A stretch of 64,000 nt of DNA, from NCBI GenBank assembly GCA_035315125.1, contig DATFYI010000164.1, forward strand, positions 444 to 64,443, read 5' to 3'. The notes under the pieces are model-generated. The model was not told the origin of the DNA. It saw only the letters and a list, made by a program, of their open reading frames with translations, and did no database searches. A program made the translations under genes and the position numbers. Source of the DNA: Anaerolineaceae bacterium. GTDB taxonomy: Bacteria; Chloroflexota; Anaerolineae; Anaerolineales; Anaerolineaceae. Of this stretch, positions 1 to 9,243 are shown in pieces; the first letter of the stretch is position 1; every line of letters begins with the position of its first letter.

Positions 1-105
1 GCAGGAGAAACGATCCATAACGAACCTATTCCGGTTACACCGCAAATGGTTTTTTCGGCATTAAGAGCCGCAGATGGAGAAGGGAAACGTCGTAAACGGC
101 AATGA
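1..105 (+). CDS. C-terminal end of an unidentified protein (partial, enters from upstream of the window)
   Basis: Frame 1 is open from base 1 and ends ...RAADGEGKRRKRQ followed by TGA at 103-105. Too short to assign a family. Confidence 0.25.
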   Translation, partial: AGETIHNEPIPVTPQMVFSALRAADGEGKRRKRQ

Positions 106-127
106 AGGATTAATATATCAATATTGT

Positions 128-1972
128 TTAAACGGCTACTGGCTCTCGAATTTCGATTTTACTGAGTATGGCGTCAATCTGCGAGCCATCGATGGTTTCT
201 TGCTCACAAAGCAGGTCCGCCAAAGCACCCAGCTCTGAGCGATGACTTTCCAGGATGTTCCTGGCTTCCTCTACCGCTTCTTCAATCATCCGGCGCGTTT
301 CAGTATCCACCAGCGTGGCTGTTTCTGGGCTGACCCGAGCATCCAGGCCGAGTTGCTGGCTGAGGAAGTTCGCCTGTATATCCGTTGCCAGGCGAACAGG
401 GCCTAAGACCGGGCTCATGCCAAATTCCGTTACCATCCGGCGCGCCAGATCCGTAGCGTGTGCCAGGTCATCCACTGCGCCGGTGGAGGCTTCGCTAAAT
501 TCCAGTTCTTCTGCCACCCGCCCGCCCACCAGAACCGTCAAGCGGGTTGCCAGTTCCCTTTCCCCCAGAACATAGCGGTCATTGGTTGGCAACTGCATGG
601 TATATCCCATCGCTCGTCCACGCGGGACAATGGTTACCTTACGAACCTTATCTGCATTGGGCGTCAGGCTGGCAATCAGGGCGTGCCCCGCTTCATGTAC
701 GGCGATTACGCGCTTCTCATTGGCGGTGATGGATCGAGTCCTGTGCTCCGAGCCGGCCACAACCCGTTCGAAAGCCGCGTCAAAGTCGGACATTTCCACG
801 GCCTCTTTGCCGTTCCGCGAAGCCAACAGCGCCGCTTCATTGACCAGGTTAGCCAGGTCAGCGCCGGAGAATCCGGGGGTCATCTGGGCAACTGCCTCAA
901 GGTTGGCGTTCTCGGCTAGCGTGACCTGCTGGGCGTGGATATTGATGATTTCGAGGCGGCCCTGCCGGTCAGGCAGGTCGACCATTATGGTTCGATCAAA
1001 GCGGCCTGGCCGTAATAAGGCAGGATCCAAAATCTCGGGCCGGTTGGTGGCAGCCATCACAATTACACCTCGGGCGCTTTCAAAACCGTCCATCTCGGCC
1101 AACAACTGGTTCAGAGTCTGCTCGCGTTCCTCATGCACGCCAATGGCCCCTGCACCCGCTCGTCTGCCGCCTATAGCATCAATCTCGTCTATAAAGATGA
1201 TCGAAGGTGCGCTTTTCTTGGCCTGTTCGAAGAGATCGCGCACTCGTGATGCGCCGACGCCGACAAACATCTCTACAAATTCGGCCCCGCTCAGATTGAA
1301 GAATTGTACGCCAGCCTCGCCTGCCGTCGCTCTCGCAAGCAATGTTTTCCCGGTGCCAGGAGGACCAACCAACAGGACGCCTTTAGGCATTTTGCCACCC
1401 AGTCTTTGGAAGTGGAGTGGGTTTTTGAGGAATTCTGTTACTTCTTTCAGATCGGTGATCGCTTCTCCGGCGCCGCCCACATCTTCAAAGGTCACCCCGG
1501 TTTGTTCTCCCATAATGCTGCGAGCTTTGCTTTTGCCAAAGGAGAAGATACTGCCCATCGAGCTGGCGCCTCCCCGGTTTCGTCCGAAGAACAAATACCA
1601 TAGACCGATCATCAGCACCAACGGCAAGATCCAGGTCAATAGAAAACCTAGAATTCCACCATTATTGGGCGCCTGCCCAGTAATGTCTACCTTTTGCGCT
1701 TCTAACGTTTTTGTAAGGTCTGGGTCATCCACCCGCACCGTCGTAAAAGCCGTACCATCGCTCATCTTACCGGTAATGCCCGTATCGCTAACAACCACAC
1801 TGCTGATCTGCCCTCCATTAAGGGCCGTCTTGAAGGCACTGTAAGGGATAACTTTTGCCGTAGGAGCGAAAAAACCGGCTATCAGTTGATAACCAAAAAA
1901 GATGAGCAGGGCGATCCCGATCAAGGAAGTGATCGAAATATTAAACCTTGGCTTGTTAGGTTTGGTTTCCAT
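128..1972 (-). CDS. ftsH: ATP-dependent zinc metalloprotease FtsH
   Basis: N-terminal TM segments, AAA+ Walker [12 protein letters not shown], Walker [10 protein letters not shown], zinc-binding HEAGHA. Length 614 aa. Confidence 0.95.
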   Translation of the reverse strand: METKPNKPRFNISITSLIGIALLIFFGYQLIAGFFAPTAKVIPYSAFKTALNGGQISSVVVSDTGITGKMSDGTAFTTVRVDDPDLTKTLEAQKVDITGQAPNNGGILGFLLTWILPLVLMIGLWYLFFGRNRGGASSMGSIFSFGKSKARSIMGEQTGVTFEDVGGAGEAITDLKEVTEFLKNPLHFQRLGGKMPKGVLLVGPPGTGKTLLARATAGEAGVQFFNLSGAEFVEMFVGVGASRVRDLFEQAKKSAPSIIFIDEIDAIGGRRAGAGAIGVHEEREQTLNQLLAEMDGFESARGVIVMAATNRPEILDPALLRPGRFDRTIMVDLPDRQGRLEIINIHAQQVTLAENANLEAVAQMTPGFSGADLANLVNEAALLASRNGKEAVEMSDFDAAFERVVAGSEHRTRSITANEKRVIAVHEAGHALIASLTPNADKVRKVTIVPRGRAMGYTMQLPTNDRYVLGERELATRLTVLVGGRVAEELEFSEASTGAVDDLAHATDLARRMVTEFGMSPVLGPVRLATDIQANFLSQQLGLDARVSPETATLVDTETRRMIEEAVEEARNILESHRSELGALADLLCEQETIDGSQIDAILSKIEIREPVAV

Positions 1973-1998
1973 TTCCCTTTCCTTTCCAGGGATCTTTC

Positions 1999-3195
1999 TT
2001 ATTTAGCAAGAAACCTGACATTTTCGCTACAATAAGGATAGGGCGGCAGCCAATCTGGCTCAGGAGTGACAAAGTTAGCAAGGTTAAAATCCTGATACCT
2101 GGTTGTCTCTGTGCTATCAATGAGTAGAAATCCCGAGGAACTTGTCAAATAGCGGATAACGCTTACAGGAATGACGGCGAGGCGATCAGGCACCGGGACT
2201 TCATCAGAAGTCATGGATGCGTACTTTAGTTGCCTGTCGGGAAACTGCCCTTCTATGATCAGGTCAACGACGCGCCGGTTGTTCCGGTTGATAATCACTT
2301 GCCTGACAAAACCAAACAGCCCATCGTGAAAAAAGATCTCTTCACCGATAGAAGGTTGTAAAAAAGGCCGGTCTTCAGCGTCCAAATCAACCCCAGGGGC
2401 TGCTATATGATTGATCACGCCGCGCACCGCGGGAACGTTGCCGGCGCATTGCTCTGCTAAACCACGATCTTCTGCGCTGATCGCCATACCACTCAGTACT
2501 ACCACTCCATTTTCCACTTTCACGAAAATATGATTTCCTTCAGCTCGCTCGATTTGGGCCAGCGCTTCGGATACACTGAGCAGAAGTTTGTCATCTCCAA
2601 CCAGATGCATCCTTACAGCGAGTATACCCTTGACACTCCCAAGTGCATTTTCAATTCGTTGCTGGTTCATCACGCCGGTGATGTGGCCGGTTAAGGAGAC
2701 GACGCCATTTTTTACCTGAACGTCGATCTCGTGATAGTCGGTAACTCTCAATACTTGATCATTCCACAAGGCGCTATCTATTTCATTTGCTATGGATGCA
2801 TCCGTTTTATAATCGGTAAGTTCCTGAAATTTGCTCCGGTCGATAGAAAGCCAGACACCTGTGGGGCTTATATCGCTTACAAGCTCGACCGGTGCTATTT
2901 TATAGTGACCCCAATGATGGGTATGGATGACGAGATAGGAAACCTGGCCTGCATCGCCTGGCAACAGTTTCTTGATTCGTCCAATGGATTGACCGCCGGG
3001 TAAGAAGACATTCTGACCCGCCTGGATCAATCCCTCAAATCTGGATTGTGAGGCTGCGGTTTCCATCGGTAAGCTGCTATTTTCCGCTGAATTGGCTAAT
3101 CCATACCGTTTTTGCTGCTCTGTCGTTGACCATGCCAGATCACTACAGCGGTTGAATTCATCCAACTTGGTTTGTGTTGCTTGTTCTACTGTCAT
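1999..3195 (-). CDS. PRC-barrel-like / tandem BON domain protein
   Basis: Two BON-like segments (VKNGVVSLTGHITG..., VENGVVVLSGMAISAEDRGLAEQ...VRGVINHI) flanked by beta-rich PRC-barrel-like segments. Confidence 0.6.
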   Translation of the reverse strand: MTVEQATQTKLDEFNRCSDLAWSTTEQQKRYGLANSAENSSLPMETAASQSRFEGLIQAGQNVFLPGGQSIGRIKKLLPGDAGQVSYLVIHTHHWGHYKIAPVELVSDISPTGVWLSIDRSKFQELTDYKTDASIANEIDSALWNDQVLRVTDYHEIDVQVKNGVVSLTGHITGVMNQQRIENALGSVKGILAVRMHLVGDDKLLLSVSEALAQIERAEGNHIFVKVENGVVVLSGMAISAEDRGLAEQCAGNVPAVRGVINHIAAPGVDLDAEDRPFLQPSIGEEIFFHDGLFGFVRQVIINRNNRRVVDLIIEGQFPDRQLKYASMTSDEVPVPDRLAVIPVSVIRYLTSSSGFLLIDSTETTRYQDFNLANFVTPEPDWLPPYPYCSENVRFLAK

Positions 3196-3252
3196 ATTCG
3201 TATTCCTCTTTAATAACCTTGCTATGGTAAAACCTTAAAGCCACTTCTCTCT

Positions 3253-3510
3253 TCAGGAAACCACCTGGTTTATCAGGTTAACGCCAAGTGGTTTGCTTCT
3301 TTGCTGTAGGAAGTCTTGAAACAGGCCTTTTGTTTCTGACAAAGACCTAAAGTCACCTTCTTGTGCGATTTTTCCGGCATCAAAAACTAATATTCTGTCC
3401 GCATTTTTTAGAGTTGTCAGCCGGTGAGCAATCGTGATGATGGTTTTCTGTTTGAATATTCTGTTGAATGATTTTATTGGAAGCCACTCGATCAACTGAT
3501 CGAGTGGCAT
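3253..3510 (-). pseudogene. ABC-exporter ATPase remnant (C-terminal ~80 aa only)
   Basis: TIITIAHRLTTLKNADRILVFDAGKIAQEG...LFQDFLQQ matches the H-loop and C-terminus of MsbA-type ABC ATPases. Walker A, the signature motif and the membrane domain are absent upstream. Confidence 0.6.
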
Positions 3511-3515
3511 TCGTT

Positions 3516-3671
3516 CTAACGATTTAGTAAGATGAAAACTCCAGCCGCGATGGCGAGGATCGCCAGGACCGGCTCCAGGACATTCAGAGCTGGGATAAGT
3601 GCAAACAGACCCCAGGCAATGAGCCAGATGGCCAGCAAAAACATGCCGATGTTCCTCGTGAGTTTTTTCAT
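3516..3671 (-). CDS. small hydrophobic membrane protein (51 aa, below ORF-track cutoff)
   Basis: ATG at 3671 is preceded by AGGAAAGGA 8 nt upstream. Product MKKLTRNIGMFLLAIWLIAWGLFALIPALNVLEPVLAILAIAAGVFILLNR has two predicted helices. Confidence 0.35.
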   Translation of the reverse strand: MKKLTRNIGMFLLAIWLIAWGLFALIPALNVLEPVLAILAIAAGVFILLNR

Positions 3672-3687
3672 GGAAGTAATCCTTTCC

Positions 3688-4092
3688 TTATCTTAGATAG
3701 TGGTCTCGGACTTTGGCTGCAATTTGGTGATCCGTCATCTTATCAACCGTTTCAACACCCACGATCCGTCTTCCGAGATCGTCACGCTTAAGCCGATTTT
3801 CGAGCTCGACCTTGGCCTCGCCCGGGCCAAATATCCAAATTGAATCAGCATCACGTAGAAAGGAGATAACACCATCATAGTAACTACCCAGATGGTCTCC
3901 AAACTGCCGGTCTCGCATGTCCTCGGCGGTCGATCCTTGTGATATATTGGGAGCTTTCGAACGCGTACCGCTTGCAAACCGGACTTGCTTCTCCATGTTC
4001 GACCGTATTTCCCGGGTTACTTCAACCTCATTTTCGATTGTCACGAACACTGTCTTGCGATGATCGATCCACAAACCCACTTCCTTTTTCAT
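3688..4092 (-). CDS. hypothetical protein (134 aa from the internal ATG)
   Basis: Long ORF. The ATG at 4092 (MKKEVGLWIDHRK...) is preceded by AAGGAG. No motif recognised. Confidence 0.5.
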   Translation of the reverse strand: MKKEVGLWIDHRKTVFVTIENEVEVTREIRSNMEKQVRFASGTRSKAPNISQGSTAEDMRDRQFGDHLGSYYDGVISFLRDADSIWIFGPGEAKVELENRLKRDDLGRRIVGVETVDKMTDHQIAAKVRDHYLR

Positions 4093-4168
4093 TGCTTTCT
4101 CCTTTACAACGGGTGCGTGCGATTGGCGCGAATCCGTATCTTGAAATTTAGAATATCCTGATTTCAGG

Positions 4169-4432
4169 CTAATCAACGACTGGCGGCTTTAGAATCGGTC
4201 GTTTGTGATGGATGGTTAAGCTTCTATTAGTTCGATAAAACTGCTTCAGGAGTCTCTCCAATTCGTCGACAGCCTTATCATTGCTGTAGCCATAGCGGCT
4301 TTTAAGCAAGGCCAGGAACCGGTCACGTTTAGGGTTGGACTTTCTTGAATCCTCAGCACTATGTTTGCTCAACAATTCATGGATCCGACTGTGGTTCTGT
4401 TTATTCTGCCCATTCCCAATTTCGTTTGCCAT
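4169..4432 (-). CDS. hypothetical basic protein (87 aa)
   Basis: ORF in the same orientation as its neighbours. No recognisable motif. Confidence 0.4.
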   Translation of the reverse strand: MANEIGNGQNKQNHSRIHELLSKHSAEDSRKSNPKRDRFLALLKSRYGYSNDKAVDELERLLKQFYRTNRSLTIHHKRPILKPPVVD

Positions 4433-4501
4433 GGTTTATCTCCAATAACAACTGATGCTTTCCAAATGTAATCCAAGAAATTAGCCTTGGAGTGGCAAGA
4501 G

Positions 4502-5044
4502 CTAACTTAAGTAGCTTTCGTCGCCGGTAAGCTCGGGTTCGATGTAAGAGCGCAGCATCCAGGCCATCTTTTCGTGCTGGAATAATATGTCCACCAGAAA
4601 GTTATGTGTGCCTTCGTCCTCATACTCTTCCGAGCAAGTTTTAGCATCTTCGCGCAAGAAGCGGATGGTGGTTTCATGGTCGGCTAAAAGGTGCAAAGCG
4701 TCTGGTACAACTCCGGGTTGTTCCTCCAGCCGGGTATGATCAATGAATTCTTGCAAGGTTCCAATAGCAATTCCACCCAGCATGCGCACCCGCTCAACGA
4801 TCTCGTTAGAGAGATTGTTGAGCTTTTCGTACTGGGAATTGAACAGAAAATGCAACTCGAAGAAATTTGATCCAGTGGTGTTCCAGTGGGCGCTGCGGGT
4901 TTTCAGGGTGAGTACGGCCTCATTGGCCAGGATTTTATTGAGGATCTCCACAATTGAATTACGTGCATCACCTTCCAGTCCGATGTTTGGCTGGATAACG
5001 ACCTGCAGCTTCATGTTTTTATCGACGATCGGTAAGTGTTTCAT
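4502..5044 (-). CDS. dps: Dps family DNA-protection/ferritin-like protein (paralog 1)
   Basis: LNKILANEAVLTLKTRSAHWNTTGSNFFELHFLFNSQYEKL...VERVRMLGG is the typical Dps ferroxidase region. Start taken at the ATG at 5044, with SD GAAAGGA; the track start at 5059 is a TTG. Confidence 0.9.
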   Translation of the reverse strand: MKHLPIVDKNMKLQVVIQPNIGLEGDARNSIVEILNKILANEAVLTLKTRSAHWNTTGSNFFELHFLFNSQYEKLNNLSNEIVERVRMLGGIAIGTLQEFIDHTRLEEQPGVVPDALHLLADHETTIRFLREDAKTCSEEYEDEGTHNFLVDILFQHEKMAWMLRSYIEPELTGDESYLS

Positions 5045-5050
5045 GTGGCA

Positions 5051-5147
5051 TCCTTTCAATAGATAGTTTTTTGCGACAATACCATCCTATTCGAAAGGAG
5101 CTATAGATGTCCCTAAAAAAACCTATTAAATATCTATAAAATTATGG
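5051..5147 (-). promoter_or_regulatory. conserved stress promoter + 5' leader hairpin module, copy A (upstream of dps1)
   Basis: In gene orientation: ATTTAA (5131-5126), N12, GGGACAT (5113-5107), GATAGC-like box, then a long hairpin (5100-5051) whose 3' arm contains the SD GAAAGGA. Homologous to copies at 5860-5927, 9147-9243, 15566-15666 and 20190-20281. Confidence 0.55.
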
Positions 5148-5339
5148 AAATTGCCTCGTTAGTTTTAGGTAACTGCTCGCTTAATTAGAATCCTGTCTCG
5201 GGTGATGATCTGAATCATGCTACCCGAGGGGCACAATAATTTTTGCGCTGACGAGAGCTGACAGGTTGCTGTTAATAGCGGTTGTTGCTTCAATAAGCTA
5301 CTACGGCTGTGGCGGCTGAGTCAGCACATCTAACCCGCG

Positions 5340-5447
5340 TCAGCCAACAGCGGGCTTACGGGCTTCTTGCTTCAAACGCCGGTTATGGATACGCGTGCTC
5401 TTGGACAATCGTTTTAGTTTAGTCTTGCTTATTATTTTCTCTGCCAT
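5340..5447 (-). CDS. possible small basic protein (35 aa)
   Basis: ATG at 5447 is preceded by GGAGTAATTCA. Product MAEKIISKTKLKRLSKSTRIHNRRLKQEARKPAVG. Below ORF-track cutoff and unsupported otherwise. Confidence 0.3.
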   Translation of the reverse strand: MAEKIISKTKLKRLSKSTRIHNRRLKQEARKPAVG

Positions 5448-5578
5448 TGAATTACTCCTTATTTTGAAATGGAGTTGGGCCTTTCAATCTGAGCCGAGAT
5501 GCAGCACACGCCCGGATTAAAAATCGGGTGCGTAGATCTGGCATGAACTCTTGCTGCATTCGTTCAGGCTGTCTTTAT

Positions 5579-5806
5579 TTATGCAGACTTCTCGTTCTTG
5601 ATGACGCCGATTTCTTCATCATGTGCTTCTTCCCCAGCCCGCTCATTCTTGACGACGCCGATTTCTTCATCATGAGTTACTTCTCCAGCCCGCTCGTTAT
5701 TTACGACGCCAATTTCGGGCTGATGCAGTACTTCACCTGGCCGCTCGTTATTTACTCGGCCCACTACTACAGCTGTTACATTTTTAGGTGCTTCTTGGTC
5801 AGACAT
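5579..5806 (-). CDS. acidic 17-aa tandem-repeat mini-protein (75 aa), paralog 1
   Basis: About four 51-bp/17-aa repeats, xxxEIGVV(N/K)NER(A/P)GE(V/E). SD GAGGAG lies 8 nt before the ATG. Module copy C sits directly upstream. A paralog lies at 50746-50982. Confidence 0.55.
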   Translation of the reverse strand: MSDQEAPKNVTAVVVGRVNNERPGEVLHQPEIGVVNNERAGEVTHDEEIGVVKNERAGEEAHDEEIGVIKNEKSA

Positions 5807-5859
5807 TGAAAATCTCCTCTGATGGTCTAATACATTAGCTTGGTTTCTTATTACTACCT

Positions 5860-5927
5860 ACTATCCTATCCTAAATGGGCTATCTAAGTCCCTAATAAGC
5901 CCTATAAAATATCTAAAAAATTATAGG
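5860..5927 (-). promoter_or_regulatory. conserved stress promoter module, copy C (upstream of repeat mini-protein)
   Basis: ATTTTA (5910-5905), N12, GGGACTT (5892-5886), GATAGC. Identical to copy B apart from one substitution and one 1-nt indel over about 48 bp. Abuts the PAP2 stop codon. Confidence 0.5.
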
Positions 5928-5929
5928 TT

Positions 5930-6700
5930 TTATCCAAACCCTTTCAGCACATACCCGTCGACAATCACCCCGAGCAGCCCCCAGGCTGTGCCCAGGATGG
6001 CGCCGGCCAGCACGTCGCGCGGGTAATGCGCCCCGACGTACATGCGCGTGAGGCCCACCAGCAAGGCCGTAGCGTACAGCAGGAACACTATCCAAACGCT
6101 GGGGTGAAGGTGCTGGGCCAGCAGCGTTGCCATGAAAAAGGCCTGGCTGGTATGCCCGCTGGGGAAAGATCGCCCGGCGGGCCGGAAACCAACAATGCGC
6201 GCTTTGACCAGCTTGATAAAAGGTCGCGAGCGGTGGATTAAAAACTTAACCAGCTCGACCAGCAACCATAAGGTCAAAGTGCCTAAAATAAGCTCGGAGG
6301 CCAGATAACTTTCGTTGATCAAAAACAAGAACACGGCTATTGCCAGGGTAGTAAAGCCATTACCGACCTGGGTGAAAGCTAACATAATCCGGTCCAGCCA
6401 AAGCGGGCGCCGCCCGCGCACATTAAAGAACAAGAATGCCCAGGCGTCCAGCTGCTGACCGGTTGACCAGACTAATGATATGGCCAGTAAGCTGAAAACT
6501 AACAGCATGCCTGACAGGATTTTATGGGACAGCAAACCATCCCAAAAAGCAACCCGCATAGTTACAGGTAGAAAAGCAAGAAATACTAGCAGACCGGCCG
6601 ACAGGCCAATCAGCCGGGCTACCGGCTGATGATGATTCACCCAAAGTGTAAATCGCCCCCAGGTCGTTGGAATTTTAACTTCAGGCGAGGGTTGCATCAT
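5930..6700 (-). CDS. PAP2-family phosphatase (membrane)
   Basis: PAP2 motifs HRSRP, PSGHT, TRMYVGAHYPRD; polytopic. Start placed at the ATG-ATG at 6700 to limit overlap with the upstream gene; the track ORF extends to 6778. Confidence 0.8.
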   Translation of the reverse strand: MMQPSPEVKIPTTWGRFTLWVNHHQPVARLIGLSAGLLVFLAFLPVTMRVAFWDGLLSHKILSGMLLVFSLLAISLVWSTGQQLDAWAFLFFNVRGRRPLWLDRIMLAFTQVGNGFTTLAIAVFLFLINESYLASELILGTLTLWLLVELVKFLIHRSRPFIKLVKARIVGFRPAGRSFPSGHTSQAFFMATLLAQHLHPSVWIVFLLYATALLVGLTRMYVGAHYPRDVLAGAILGTAWGLLGVIVDGYVLKGFG

Positions 6701-7685
6701 TCGTTTGATGTTCAATGATGTTGCTCGTTTCCGGCTCAAGTTCTGGCGCCGGTTGGGAAACCATGACTGCCAGGGCATGCCGGCGCACTTTGATCTGTAC
6801 CCGTCCTTCTCCTATGGGAGACCCATCCACCATGACCGGCATAACAGGGTGGGTATCAATCACCACTCTGCGTACATGGTAGTGTTCGATGCGTGGGTCT
6901 TCCGGCTTGCCTTCGCCCACCCCTTGGAGAACATAGCCCAACAAATCCATCTTGGACAGGTCTGCAAAGAACAGCACATCCAATAAACCGTCACTAAAGG
7001 AAGCATCAGAGCCAATCCGATAATGAAGGCCAATTACGGGCATGTTGGAAACCAGTACAATATGGCCAAAATTATGGATCTCTTGCTTATTCTCCAATAA
7101 AAGATGGATTTCGGCTGGTGGGGAATTGACCAGTGTTGCCAGGAAATCGCCGACCCGTGCCAGGTTGCCGTGCTGTACGTCATCAGCGGATGGAAAAAGC
7201 GATGAGACCAGACCGACCGAGCAAACTTCCAAGAAAGGAGTAGAAATGTTGCCGCAGGTGGCCATGCCAACGTCCACTTTGATTCGCCGGCCATTTCGCA
7301 GAATGGAAATGGCAGCCGGAATATTGTTGGCAGGGATGCCCAGGCTGAGGGCATTGTTATTCTGTGTGCCGGTAGGGATAATCCCCAGGGTGGCATGTGT
7401 ACCGGCCAGGCTCCTGGCCGAAGTAGAAATCGTGCCGTCGCCGCCGCATACCACAAACATGCGGATGCCCTGCGCCAGTGCCTCCTGGATCACCCCCGGC
7501 AGGTCACAGCCCGGTTCGATCAAAAAAGGTTCTGGAATGAGCTTCCAATCCTGCATCTCACTGATCACATCCATCAGCTGGATAGGCGACTCGCCCGTTG
7601 ATCCAGATCCGGGATTGAAAATCAGCTTGGCTCGTATGGGGCGTCTACTCTTAGCACTGGGCTCTACATTCAAATGATTGTCCAT
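6681..7685 (-). CDS. diacylglycerol kinase family lipid kinase (YegS/DagK-like)
   Basis: AKLIFNPGSG...VVCGGDGTIS...GIIPTGTQNN is the typical DAGK catalytic-domain signature. Confidence 0.85.
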   Translation of the reverse strand: MDNHLNVEPSAKSRRPIRAKLIFNPGSGSTGESPIQLMDVISEMQDWKLIPEPFLIEPGCDLPGVIQEALAQGIRMFVVCGGDGTISTSARSLAGTHATLGIIPTGTQNNNALSLGIPANNIPAAISILRNGRRIKVDVGMATCGNISTPFLEVCSVGLVSSLFPSADDVQHGNLARVGDFLATLVNSPPAEIHLLLENKQEIHNFGHIVLVSNMPVIGLHYRIGSDASFSDGLLDVLFFADLSKMDLLGYVLQGVGEGKPEDPRIEHYHVRRVVIDTHPVMPVMVDGSPIGEGRVQIKVRRHALAVMVSQPAPELEPETSNIIEHQTNDATLA

Positions 7686-7745
7686 GCTTTACTCTTTTTG
7701 AAAAATATCATTTCCTGAGCTTGCGACAAGCTAGATTTTAATCAA

Positions 7746-8090
7746 CTATAAGGTCTGTCTAGAATGGAGTACCGGTAAGCGAGGGGTTGTCATGGGCAGA
7801 TTTTCTGATGGACTGAGCAGGACGGCGTAGCGCAGGCCAGCGGAGCTGCTGATCATTACCAGATGCCCATGTAGTGCGGCGGAAAGATGGGATAACACAC
7901 CGGCGGCAGTGTAGGATGCAAGGAATTCTAAAACCCTGTCATCCATCACCACAAACAACCAGGCATCCCCTTTCTCGGTTTCGGTCAAAACAAAACGACT
8001 GATGAGAGGGTCCAGGCCCTGCTCAGCCAGGATAGTTGGGATTACATGAGCAATGGCTTCAGCAGCCGGAAGATAACGATTAGCGCTCAT
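7746..8090 (-). CDS. hypothetical protein (114 aa)
   Basis: ORF separated by 2 nt from the upstream gene, which suggests coupling. No motif recognised. Confidence 0.45.
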   Translation of the reverse strand: MSANRYLPAAEAIAHVIPTILAEQGLDPLISRFVLTETEKGDAWLFVVMDDRVLEFLASYTAAGVLSHLSAALHGHLVMISSSAGLRYAVLLSPSENLPMTTPRLPVLHSRQTL

Positions 8091-8092
8091 AG

Positions 8093-9073
8093 CTACAGCC
8101 TTCCTTCAGTTGCCAATTGATGCTCCAGCTCGGCGATCCAATTTGCAATAGGTGGTTCGGCTGCATCAACAATTTCTACGTATGTCGTATTTTCACCTGG
8201 CAATACAGGCAGATTGGCCGGCCTTATTTCAGATGGAATGATCCGGTCAAGCCACGGATCATGGCCCGCAAAGCTTCCATCTATGATTGTCAAAGGGGTG
8301 GGGGTAACATTTGCAGGACCAATGCGCATACGACAAGGCCAGGGCATTGGCATAAACTGCCTGGAGACCAAAACAATTCCCAGGATGAACAACACAAGAT
8401 CCAGGACCGCAAATACAGGTATCAAAGGCTTGACGATTTGGTTTACAAAAGACTGTTGTTCCCGGCTGTATTCCTGCATCAGAAGGGCAGCCTGAGTGGC
8501 AGCGTAAGGTGTAGCCGTCAAAGGAGCAGCCGTCAAAGCTGCCACGGCCTGATTGGTTTGCAAGACCTGGACATTCAGAACCGCCTGAGCCTGGGCAGTC
8601 TGGCTGCCAACCACCCGGTAGGCTGATTGGGCGGCCGCAGCAGCACTGCGCTGAGCAGCGGCTGTGGCATCCCTGGCTATTTTCGTTTGCTGGGTTATGA
8701 ACTCTTGTGTGGCAGCAGCTCGGGTGATGTTCTGGCTGATAGTAGTTGCCTGGAAATCTAAAGCCAGTTGCTGGCGTTGGTTATACTGCAATGTGGACTG
8801 TGCGGCGCTATTTGCGGCCTGAGACATGTTTAGGCTGACCTCAGTGGATTGATGAGAGAGATCTAATAACTGGCTCTGGCCAGTATCGATGGTGGCCTGG
8901 GCATAAACGGAAGCAGGGTTGGGCAATCCAGAAATGTCTGGCGTGGGTGTACCAGGGCCTGATAGGATTGCAACTTCAGGTGTGGTTGCAACCGTGCTGG
9001 CACAAGCCAACATCAAAAGAGCTATGATGGCTATTATCAATTTCTTTATGATAGATTGCTTGTTTGTGTTCAT
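8093..9073 (-). CDS. Gln/Ala-rich putative lipoprotein with C-terminal TM helix
   Basis: Signal peptide with lipobox LLMLAC, long Q/A/T-rich low-complexity region, TM VFAVLDLVLFILGIVLV. Module copy D lies upstream. Confidence 0.55.
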   Translation of the reverse strand: MNTNKQSIIKKLIIAIIALLMLACASTVATTPEVAILSGPGTPTPDISGLPNPASVYAQATIDTGQSQLLDLSHQSTEVSLNMSQAANSAAQSTLQYNQRQQLALDFQATTISQNITRAAATQEFITQQTKIARDATAAAQRSAAAAAQSAYRVVGSQTAQAQAVLNVQVLQTNQAVAALTAAPLTATPYAATQAALLMQEYSREQQSFVNQIVKPLIPVFAVLDLVLFILGIVLVSRQFMPMPWPCRMRIGPANVTPTPLTIIDGSFAGHDPWLDRIIPSEIRPANLPVLPGENTTYVEIVDAAEPPIANWIAELEHQLATEGRL

Positions 9074-9146
9074 TCGATAATCATATAAACTTTATCTTAA
9101 TTTTGAGAGCAAGCAGGTTCTCTCTTTCGTAATTACCTGACCGGCT

Positions 9147-9243
9147 CTTTTTTCGTAAGATGGTTGATGTTCATCTATTATCTTATCCGAAAGCAGCTAT
9201 CGATGTCCCTAATTCAATCTGTAAAATACCTATTAAAATGATC
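9147..9243 (-). promoter_or_regulatory. conserved stress promoter + leader hairpin module, copy D
   Basis: ATTTTA (9227-9222), N12, GGGACAT (9209-9203), GATAGC, then a hairpin CTTTCG(GA)TAAGAT...ATCTTACGAAAG (9193-9147). Overlaps the mgtA stop codon. Confidence 0.5.

Noticed and set aside
582-1844. Long antisense ORFs inside GC-rich genes. Examples: 582-1844 (+) in ftsH, 38211-39227 (+), 40394-40873 (+), 54568-55299 (+), 58601-59386 (+), 62056-62583 (+).
   Set aside because: - They are shadow ORFs opposite genes with unmistakable family motifs.
- Their products are low-complexity and Arg/Ala/Gly/Pro-rich, as expected from GC-rich antisense frames.
5528-5809. Plus-strand 93-aa ORF (…LVLDDADFFIM…) as the real gene of the 51-bp repeat locus.
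   Set aside because: - It has no SD or promoter in that orientation.
- The minus-strand frame has GAGGAG-N8-ATG, the stress module upstream, and a paralog (50746-50982) whose SD-supported frame gives the same peptide repeat.
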